Shown: one piece after another, positions 53,831 through 64,000 of the stretch
Numbering within the stretch: the first letter of the stretch is position 1
Layout of the letters: each line of letters opens with the position of its first letter
From: Camelus dromedarius
Taxonomy: Eukaryota
Direction of reading: 5' to 3'
Assembly (NCBI RefSeq): GCF_036321535.1
Contig: NC_087437.1
Coordinates: forward strand, 74,898,001-74,962,000
DNA length: 64,000 nucleotides
The notes under the pieces: generated by a model
Told to the model about the DNA's origin: nothing
Database searches by the model: none
What the model saw: the letters and a program-made list of their open reading frames with translations, nothing else
Position numbers and translations under genes: made by a program

Positions 53831-54610
53831 TACCTCAGAAGATAATCTATACTTAAAATCTAGAAGTGAGGTGGATAGATCAGAAGACTGTGAAATTCTT
53901 GATAAGCACTTGAAAATGAATTTAATCAGGTTTAAACTTCAATTCAAACAGCATTTGAGTACTTGAGGATTATTTGCTGTACATTTCTAGTCTTCTATCC
54001 AATAAACGCAACACTAGGCATTCCCTGTACCAGACAGTGAAGGTGCAGGAAATGTGATTATTTTTAATATTAGCCTAAAGAAATGGAATTAGGAAGGTAG
54101 ACTAAACCTTATCGTGTGCTCCAAAAGCTTGATAAAAATGGGTCTGGAATTAGCCACTGTTTTAGCTTATATGTACCACAGTTCAGCTCTATTAATACAG
54201 GTAATTAATTAATTAATGATTCTTCTTAGAGAAGTGTTATTGCATCCTTGTACTTCTCAGAAAATTCTACTTTTTTATTCTAGCCACCCTCCCATTTCCT
54301 GAAGATGGGACTCCCCATAAAAATAATACATTTATTTTTCCTACATCTGCAACTTTGAATTCCTGTGAATTTTCCCTCAGTTTACTTGATTAATTCATTT
54401 TACCAACAAATGTAAATTAAGGATTACTCTGATCCAGGTACTGTGGATTCAGAGATAAATAAGACACAGTTTTTGCCTTCAAGAAGTTAAGAGTCTACCT
54501 CTAGCCATTCCAATCAAAGGAGTTCTTTCCCTGTATCATAAATTTTTCATTCCAGGGGTTTCTGACCTTTTCAACTATGAAGATTTCTTTTCAATATCAA
54601 AAAATGACTG

Positions 54611-56085
54611 CATTTAAGTCTTTAATCCATTTGGAGTTTATTTTTGTATATGGTGTTAGAGAATGTTCTAATTTCATTCTCTTATATGTAACTGTCCAGT
54701 TTTCCCAGCACCATTCATTGAAGGGACTGTCTTTTTTCCATTGTATATTCTTGCTTCCTTTGTCATAGATTAATTAACCATAAGAGCATGGCTTTATTTC
54801 TGGGTTCTCTATTCTGTTCCATAGATCTTTGTGTCTCTTTTTGTGCCAGTACCATTCTGCTTTGATTATTGTAGCTTTGTAGTATAGTCTGAAGTGTGGG
54901 AGTGTGATTCCTCTAGCTCTGTTCTTCTTTTTCACGGTTGTTTTGTCTATTCATGGTCTTTTGTGTTCCCATACAGATTTTAAAATGATTTGTTCTAGGC
55001 CTATGAAAATTGCCATTGATACTTTAATAAGGATTACATTGAATCTGTAGATTGCCTTGGGTAGTATGGTCATTTTAACAATATTAATTCTTCCAACCCA
55101 AGAACACAGTGTATCTTTCCATCTGTGTTGTCTTCATTTTCTTTCATCAGTGTCTTACAGTTTTCAGAGTATAGATCTTTTGCCTCCTTAGGTAGGTTTA
55201 TTCCTAGGTATTTTATTCTTTTTGATGTGATGGTAAATATGATTATTTCCTTAATGTCTCTTTCTGATAGTTCATTGTTAGTGTATAGAAATGCAACATA
55301 TTTCTTTATATTGATTTTGTATCCTACAATTTTACCAAATTCACTGATGAGCTCTAGTAGTTTTCTGGTGACGTCTTTAGGATTTTCTACGTATAATATC
55401 ATGTCATCTGTAAATAGTGAGAATTTAATTTCTTTTCCAATTTGGATTCTTTTTATTTATTTTTCTTCTCTGATGGCTGTGGCTAGGACTTCCAGAACTA
55501 TGTTAAATAAAAGTAGCGAGAGTGGGCATCCTTGTCTTGTTCCTGATCTCAGAGGAAATACTTTCAGCTTTTCACTGTTGAATATGATATTAACTGTGGG
55601 TTTGTCATCTATGGCCTTTATTATAATGAGGTATGTTCCCTCTATGCCCACTTTCTGGAGAGTTTTTATCATAAATGGATGTTAAATTTTATCAAAAGCT
55701 TTTTCTGCATCCATTGAGATGATCATATGGTTTTTACTCTTCAGCTTGTTAATGTGGTGTGTCACATTGATTGATTTGCAGATATCGAAAAATCCTCGCA
55801 CCCCTGGGTTAAATCCCACTTGAGCATGGTATATGAGCCTTTTAATGCGTTGTTGTAGTTGGTCTGCTAGTATTTTGTTGAGGATTTTTTGCATCTATCT
55901 TCATCAGTGATATTGGCCCATAATTTTCTTTTCTTTTTCTTTTTTTTTGTGTGTTATCTTTATCTGATTTTGGTATCTGGGTGATGTTAGCCTCATAGGA
56001 GGAGTTCATAAGTGTTTCTTCCTCTGCAATTTTTGGAATATTTTCAGAAGGGTAGGTGCTAACCCTCCTTGAAATGTTTGGTAAA
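54611..56085 (-). mobile_element. Internal L1 ORF2 (reverse transcriptase) fragment lacking 3' UTR and tail
   Basis: Minus ORFs read [45 protein letters not shown], (F)TDDMILYVENPK and IKYLGINL. Frameshifted. Confidence 0.95.
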
Positions 56086-56314
56086 ATGTTTGATATTATT
56101 TTGTTATTGTTTTATATTGTTATTTAACCTTTACATGTGCATATCTAAGTCATATACTTCTTGAGGGAAAAGATCAGAAATTGAATTTCTTTTGAATATC
56201 CTACAGAAGTCAGCAGTTAATAGAGGCTGAGTGAAGGGAAGAGTGAAGGTGGTTTAATGTATACCATTGATTGCTACTAATCCTTGTACATTTTTTGTTA
56301 ACACCTTGCTCCAG

Positions 56315-56419
56315 GCCTCTTCTTGGGAAATGAAGAGGAAACAGAGTCAAAACCCTGTGCAGAAATGTAAAGTTTTGATTGAAGTTGAAACCAGCAACAG
56401 CAATTTGGATATAATCCAG
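56315..56419 (+). CDS. MORC1: MORC1 coding exon K (105 nt; ASSWEMKRKQSQNPVQKCKVLIEVETSNSNLDIIQ)
   Basis: ctccag acceptor and CAG|gttaga donor. Matches human AASWEMKRKQSLNFVEECKVLTEDENTSDSDII. Phase 0 in. Confidence 0.9.
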
Positions 56420-57539
56420 GTTAGATAAACTTTACTGACTAAATGACACATTGAAATTTATTTATATTCGTAAAGATTAGAGGAATCCAAGAGGTATTTC
56501 ACATGAGTGCCTCAGAGTAACTGAAACATTTAATTGAATAACCTAGTTTTTAGGTGAAGAAACAAGACTTAAAAAAGTTAGTTACTTGCCCAAGGCTATG
56601 CAAACTAGTGAGACTACAACTGGGACTGATGCCTCCTCACCACCGGGCCACAATGCTCTTCATTTGAGTTATCAGGGTGAGAAAGCTTTAATATTATGTT
56701 AATTTATATAATTTATGTATATGTAACTTGAAGGTCATCTCTAAACCTGAATACTCAAATCCAAAGCATATGGACCTTTCTATATTCATAGTATGGATTC
56801 TCACCAGAAACTGTAATTCTAAACTGACTTAAATTAGGCCACTGCCAAAAGCCCTGCTGAGAGAAGTCTTTTCAAGAAATATAGACATACTTTCCATTTA
56901 CTTCTCTGGATTGTGTATCCCTGATTCGAACTTGGTAGTCAATATCAAAAAACCTACGTATCTGGACTGGTCTACTACAGACCCCAGCAGAGCTGGTTTC
57001 CCTTACTGAGCCAAGGGTAAAAAGCTTTGGTGTACAGGAAGAATTGACTCAAGGACTATCTATGTGACAAACACTTCATCTGTGAAGCCACATTAAAGAC
57101 ACTGTCCATTTTGTTATAGAGTGCCCTTTATGTTATAATGAAAAGGTTCCTTTGAACATTAGAATTTAGTGTCAGGAAAAAAGTTTATTTGATGTTTTCT
57201 TTTATCAGAATATGAATTTTATTCTTCACTATAGTTCTCTTTGTATCTTGATTGCCAAGAAGCTTAAAACTAAACTTTAAATGAGAATGAGTGTAGTTGC
57301 CTAGATGGTTGTTACTGTTTGACATGATAATGTAAGTGGGAGTACTTAGAAAAAGGCCCACCTCATTGTACATATCTTTAGGTAAGTTACTTCAAAATGC
57401 ATCTTAGAATTATGGATTAAGTTTCAGTTACAAATAAGCCAGTAAGAACAGAATATCTTCTGACTTTAGCCTAATATGTGTGCCCTTTAGCAGAAAAACA
57501 TTATCACAAGGTTTATGATATAACAATAATGAAAGTTTT

Positions 57540-57710
57540 ATTTTAAAAAATTTTCATTATGGAAAATTTCAGACATAAGACAATCACCCACCCACTATGT
57601 GCACATTTCCCAGCTCCAGCAATTATCAGCTCACGGCTGGTCTTGGTTCATCTGTATCCCTACCCTGACCCCATTACCCCCAGGCATCATGTCATTTCAT
57701 CCATAATTAT
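57540..57710 (-). mobile_element. L1MC-like 3' end fragment
   Basis: 'ttttcattatggaaaatttcagacata...cccagctccagcaattatcagctcacggc'. Confidence 0.6.
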
Positions 57711-60700
57711 AATTGTTTTAAGAAGGGATGTTGAAAAGCTCTAGGAATGATTTTTGAATGGGAACAGAAGAGAAAACCCCTTCATATTGACAGTAAGGAA
57801 CAGTTAAATCCAGGATGTGAAGAAAGGGAACACCTACGTATTTTCAAAAGGAAAAGGCTCAAAATATAATCAGAGGCCAGAAAAGAAGACTACAACTAGT
57901 GTGTAAATAACACAACCTCTTTACCTCTTTGAAGCTAAGTGTGGTATAACTATACCTGTGAATATTACTAGTCACCACCTGCTTTGCAGAATCTGCGTGT
58001 TTTTCATGCAGCCATTGCTTTGTCACCTCTCTAAGCTTTGCATGCAGCTTTTAGCAAGTGCTTTTTCACAAATTAGGTATGACATTTATATTAAAATTGT
58101 TGTCTTTTTATGTAATATTTCTCAAGTTCTGATGTTACTTGTGTGAATGTATGTGGAATGATTTATTTGTATCCCTGTGACCCTAGCAGGAAGCCTGTTT
58201 TCAAACTCATGGTGTCTAATTAATTTGGATACATATACATTATCCAGAGATGCACATCACCTTTTCTGTTTGGCTGTAGTTGCAGTAATTTAAGTAGAAA
58301 ATCATTGCTTCTGAATGCTTGTCTGTCTGTACTTTCTTAAACTCAGAAACTAAAAAAAAAATTGTTCTTAACCCTGGGACTCCTCCCCAGTTATCTTCTA
58401 ACTGTAGTGCTTGTGTGAATGTGTGTGTACCATGTGCTTTAATTCTGATCCTGTGCCTGTCAAATTCAAAGGAGGAGGGTGTGCAGGGCTGCAAAAGATC
58501 ACTTAAGGAGGAGTAATTGGCTCTCCCACCCCCACCCCCCCACAGTTAGGGAGTTCTTATTACTTTGGTGAATTTACTGGAGCCCAGTAATAGGTTCCAA
58601 AATACATGTTCAGCACACCAAAGAAAGTCCATCTCACAGGAATGATTCCACATTATTTGAACTCAAGAGACTTGTATAGTATCGTAACGGCAGTTTAACC
58701 ATTAAAAAGAGAAATCCAGCCTCAGTCCAATTGGAAGACATATTCTGATGGATGCTGTGTGTTCTCTCCCTTTATGCCCATCTGCCTGCGCTGGCCGGTC
58801 ACAGAGCTAGTGAGCTGTGTGCCTGAATATTTAAAGGACTTGCAGGTAAAGCAGCCTGCTGTGTCCATGCCCCCAGATGGGAGGGCAGAGATGATGCTAC
58901 CAATCACACGTGTAACACTGAAAGGGCACCTGCCCAGCACCCTTATCCTTTGCTCCTATGCTCTTACAAGTGTATTTTTTTCACCTTTCACAGAGAACAG
59001 CTCTATTTTGAGCAGCACATTCTTTCTTTTGTGTCTGTGAGTCTCCCTTTTGAAAGGACTTTTTCGTATCCGCGAACTTCACTTCCCTCTCTTTCAAGTT
59101 TCCGGCACACCTCACTCTGGCTCTTGTAGTGACAGTCATGCAGTTTCAAGTGAAGTGATAAGAGTATTGATTGCTTCTCAGATTTATACTAAATCTGACC
59201 ACTGTTGATTCTTTCAGCCTTATTAACATTTATTCTCCAAAATCACCTCATCTGCTGTGGCTCAGGGTTACCACAGTTTGATCTGTCTTCCTGACTTCTT
59301 CCTCCCCCTGATTCTTGACTGCGTGCTTTTATATTCCTTTTTCTCCAAGGCCTACCTTCTCTGGAGGCTTTTTTTTTTTAAACCATATTCTTTTGTTTTG
59401 TTTTGTTTTGTTTCCCCAGGGGGATAATCCTTACTTCTGAGTCATTTTTAATGTCTGTATCCTGTGTGTGCCACATTTCACGTGCTCCCTCATCCTTCGT
59501 GCAGTGCTGGGCTTCATTTTCCCTATCTCCCATTGCTTCTGATCACATAGTTTGCTGGAGCACTTCTGTGCAGTTTTTTTCCTTTTTGATATTAATTTAT
59601 GCCAGGCCTTTCGGCCAGCGTGGGCCACCCCTTTTCGAAGTCCATCGCAGTGAGAGTGTTCTTGGTAAGACCTTGCTGGCGTGTCGTTTGGAGCTGTGGA
59701 AATCTCCAACTGGGATTCAGTTAAAACTCCAGGCATTTTCTAGAGATTAAAAACTGTCATGAAAATAATGAGGAGTTTTTTTTTTTTTTTTTTAAGATAT
59801 CTTAATCCTCTTCAAAATACCCTAGACAGCCGTCTGACTGGACCTCTGGAGACATATATGGGCCATCAGTCTGCACTGCGGCAAACTTCTTTCATCATTT
59901 TACACAATCTTGTTAGCACAGCTACAGTGCCCTCCACCATTTCAGGGTGACTAGTGTGATCCAGATGTATTATCTCAGATCCTGCAAAACTATTTTTCTG
60001 AAATTCTACCATGTGTGTGTGCATGTGTGTTTTAGTAGAGGTAGCCTTTCCTTTCTCTGTGTGGCTGTGATGAAACTCAGGCACCGTACTTCACGTGCCT
60101 CATCTCATCCCATCCTTTTAATAACCTGAAGGGTACGTTCTCTTTTCATCCCCAGATGAGGAGTATAAACTTGCTCAGGATCACACTGTCAGGAAGTGGC
60201 CGCCTCTAACCCTAGCTGTTCAGTGTCAGCTCCCACTGTCGTAACCATTCCTCATTGTGACTTCTCCTGTTAGCGTCCATCTCCATCTGCTGTCCCCCAC
60301 GTCAGGTCATCCAGCCCGCTCCACCCGGGTTGGTTGAAGTACTCAAAAAGGGGTGAGGATTTCAGGATACAGATCAATACTACATTGATTAACAGCATTT
60401 TGGCTTAGACGGGTTTCCATAGTTTCATACATGGGCATTCTCCAGCCAAGAGTCTTGAATTCAGTTAAAAAAATGGAGGCATCACCCACTTCTTGCCCAG
60501 ATTAAGCTAACTTCCCTTTATCCCATTTCTTACCTTGTCCACCCTAAATCTGACCTATACAACGCCATTTTTTTTGTGTGCAAAAGGTCTGACTCTTTTC
60601 TTTCCCATAAACCTAGAGTCACATAGTAGTCATCAGGATCATCATCTCAGGGGTGATTCCTGGAAAGAAGCATCTTCTCCTTGCCCAAGAGTATCAGTCC

Positions 60701-63109
60701 AGTGTATGGTTGTGGTCATAACCTCACCACCAACCCCTCCAATGAGCTGGTGTCTCCTAATTTCCATAAAATCCTATTATTTCCCATCCTTCATGCTCAA
60801 AACATATACCCTGCCTGCTCTTTTCACAAATACTGTGTATTCTGAACTGTTTCTGTCTCAAGCATTTAAAAACCCATGTGTAAATTTCAGATATGTCCCA
60901 GTTAACCCCAGATGGGAAGGAAGTCTTTTTACATCACCTCTTAAAGATGCCAGGGGAATCAACATCTGAGTGAAGGTTGCTACAGTTGTGCTTTACTGGA
61001 GCAGTGCCCTGTGGTACTGTTGTAATTAAGGATTTGTCTAAGTTCAATTAAAAACTCCTGTGCCCTGCTATATAATAAATTGGCAGTTCAACTTTACTCC
61101 AGGCAAAAATTTGGCATATGAGCTCCCTAGTACCCCAGCGCCCCTCAAAGTAATGCAGTTTGATCAGCTGTCACTGTACTATGCTTAACAGAAGCAATAA
61201 AAATAAAAATGAAGCAATGGGACTAGACTACCAAGCATCTTGTCAAAGAGGTGAGCAGTCTCAGGTTATGTCACCAGTTGAGATATTAGAAGCGACTGCG
61301 CAGAATAGACATCCTAGGGGATCTGTTCTAAAAGGGAACTGGGAAAATTAGTTTGCCAAACCACAACATATGGTCAGGCAAGCAAATGATCAATTTGAAG
61401 AAAGCTTCAAAATTCAGAGATACCAGGGAGATGAAATTACCAATGCCAACAGTAACTTAGAGAAGTTGAGTAGGAATAATTTTCTGAGACTTGAGTCAGA
61501 GTGATAAAAGTACTAACTTTTTGTTACACACATGCGTGTCTTATTCATGTTGGTGGAGCATGTACTTCAAATTGACATTCTGCTAGTTTTCTGACTCTAA
61601 TATGAAGCAACATCTACCTTTTCCCTAAATACTTTTTATTTGTTATTTTTCCATATTTTATAATAATTTTCTTTCAGTTACTTCTGAGAATATCAGAGGC
61701 AAACCCAGACTGCAAAGGCTGTGAAATAATATCTGTGGGTGTGGTTATTTTCAATTATGTTAGAGCTTCCTGTTCAATGACCAGGAACCATACTACCTTT
61801 TTTGGTTGGATTAGCTTTAGCCCTTTTGTCCTCTGTGGTCATTTAGATCTTTTTGCCTTACACCTGGCCTCAAAAACAGACTGGCAGTTGGATTCATTTC
61901 ATTTTGCTAATCTGCAGACATTTTAAAAACTCAGTGGCCAGATCACCATTGACAGCTGAATTTTAAGAGTTTGGCAATGGAGTCTCCGGGATTTACTCTG
62001 ATAAATAAGGAGGTGTAACCTCCAGTGTCTTGTCCAGAGCATGATAACTTTCTGGGCTCAAGACCAATGAATAAAGGAATAAGTTGATGGACCTTCTTCC
62101 TGTCTCAGAATGAACTAAGTCCTTTACCAATTACACATGGTTAGCTCTTTGGGGCAACTTTCAAAAGAGGCTGATGCCAGCTCAGAAAGCCATCAACCCA
62201 TTCTGAATCCCTGGTGTCTTTGACAGGGCCTCCGTGCTATGTTATAAAAGCTGAGGAATGTCTGGAAGAGCTAATGAGTTTCCAGTGTCTAGGCTTGTGC
62301 GCTATGGTAGCCAAAAATGAAATGAAATGAAATAAAATAAAATACAAAAACCAAAACCAACAAACAAAAAACAACTGTAAGTACTCTGTTTTGGCATCAG
62401 AACCATGACAAAGTGAAAAGATGTCTCAGTAACCCAAAAGCAGGTGAAAAAAAAAAAGAAAAGCGAATAGCCTGCATAGCCAGTCCCTCAATCAGCTGCA
62501 TTTAACCTAAATACACAAAAGTTTTCCGACTCCTAGCAGAAATGTTTTAAAATAGCAAACGGTGTTGATATTACAATGACATGATTTCGGATGATTGAAG
62601 TTGCCTTAATTTCAAAAGCAGGCCACTTCTTCGTCAGTTTTCCTGCTTGGTGATGGTGCCGTTGCCTCTGTGTGAACCTGTGTAATCCTGTGATTGTTGC
62701 CCACAGTATCAGAAATTTCACAGGCAGAGCCAGCCCCTTTATGAAGTATAAACCAGAGCTGCCCCAAGGGCCTTGGAGGAAAGATTGTCTGTACTCACCC
62801 TCCACAGCATCATCCGTCAGCTCACTAGTGGACTTACAGACACAAAGACAGTATGTGATAAAGCCTCTGACCTAAAGGAAAATCTTATGAGCCCCTTATA
62901 ATGAATCTAAATATTCAAGTGCGGCTGTGTGAATTCTCAGCAACCGTGCACTAATTCCTGACATTTATTGAACAATTCTATGTTAAGAGATTTTGGAGGA
63001 CACCCCAAAACTCCTCAAAACAAAAAAAGGACCCAAAACATGATCTTTGCCCTAAAGGAGCAGAAAAATTGGAAGACAGTTTACAAAACCATGAGCTAGC
63101 ATTATTTTA

Positions 63110-63300
63110 CAGAAAGGAGACAGGCTCTTGGACTTCGGCAGATTGACCCGGTTCATGTTCAGACCTCCATGCCGCTTGTCAGTTGTATCAACTTACGGTT
63201 TTCGGTTTTCTTATCTATAAAAGGGGAATAATACTATTATCTGCTCTCAAGGTTATTATGAAAATTAGTGGGATGATTTGTGATAGAATGAAAATAAGTG
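63110..63300. mobile_element. MIR SINE
   Basis: 'tcggttttcttatctataaaaggggaataata....tctcaaggttattatgaaaattagtgggatgat'. Confidence 0.7.
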
Positions 63301-64000
63301 TGTTATGCAAAACATTTTTTAAAAAGGACCTTCTGTAGTTCTAAAGAGGGCAGATTCAGCCTTTGGGTGGGCCAGGAGATGGGAGTAAAGAATGAAAATT
63401 GAGAAGAAAGGGGAGAGCTAGAGAGTGACCCCATGGGTGTGGGAGGGAGTGGGAGGGAGGGGAAAGGGGGTGGTCCCACAGGCAGAAAAAAGCTCATTGC
63501 TGCAGAATTGGAGAGTCTGGAGGGGAAAGTATGCAGAGAGGTGAGGCAGCTAGCAACTGAAGAAGTGAAATAGAGCTGTGTAATGGTTTAAGGGTAATTT
63601 TAAGCTGGGATCAAGGCCACTACAGGATCCCAGTCTTATCTGTGTCCCATAGATATGATGCTTGAAAGTTAAAAATAATAAAAATTGTTTGTAATTTACT
63701 GTTAATACTTTTTCAGAGAAAGGGAGAAATCAGTATGTGTTAGAGTAAATAAAGACATTTTGGGAAGAGTAGGACTTATACTTGCCTTAAAAAGTGGGAA
63801 AGACATAAGAAAAGGAGAGGATGTATTCCAGGTAGAGAGAACTGTGTGGGCAGAGGTGTGGAGGCAGAAGTCTATCTTGTGCTTACAGGGGAATCTGAAG
63901 AGAACCTTTTGGCTATTACAGAGGATGTTGTTAAGATACTGAAAATATTTCCTGATATCTTAGAATCACCTTGAGAAGAGCTTAGGAAGGGTTTGTACAT

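Noticed and set aside
55125..55685. 186-aa plus-strand ORF (longest in the track)
   Set aside because: It is the antisense shadow of the L1 ORF2 RT region, with no independent coding evidence.
63700..63745. Possible next MORC1 exon at ttttcag|agaaagggag
   Set aside because: No similarity to the expected MORC1 continuation, and the following sequence looks like L2. The next exon is probably beyond the window.
1..64000. Short ORFs in the six-frame track as independent genes, or a novel multi-gene system
   Set aside because: This is intron-rich mammalian DNA. The ORFs are MORC1 exon read-throughs, L1 fragments or chance frames. No operon, CRISPR array or second gene is supported.

Overview
Mammalian (eutherian) genomic DNA, AT-rich and CpG-poor. 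It is probably camelid, based on a Vic-1-like tRNA-derived SINE at ~29.44 kb. The whole window lies inside one plus-strand gene, MORC1, the germline GHKL-ATPase/CW zinc-finger transposon silencer. I read 11 internal coding exons (330-409, 1090-1163, 3320-3384, 5586-5729, 7939-8093, 25299-25424, 28144-28249, 33105-33243, 49714-49779, 50732-50977, 56315-56419). All have AG/GT boundaries, and they splice into one open frame of 1306 nt with matching phases. They cover the coiled-coil insertion and S5-like part of the ATPase module, the CW finger and the start of the low-conservation C-terminal region. Start and stop codons lie outside the window. The introns are filled with repeats: several L1 (one nested), L2, L3/CR1, MIR, MLT1/MLT2 LTRs, MER DNA transposons and microsatellites. 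The most notable observation is a decayed remnant of a MORC1 coding exon at 51161-51211, which has lost both splice sites and has a 21-nt deletion, suggesting lineage-specific exon loss. I found no evidence of a new multi-gene system. Repeat family names and human protein comparisons come from recall, not from a search, and repeat boundaries are approximate.
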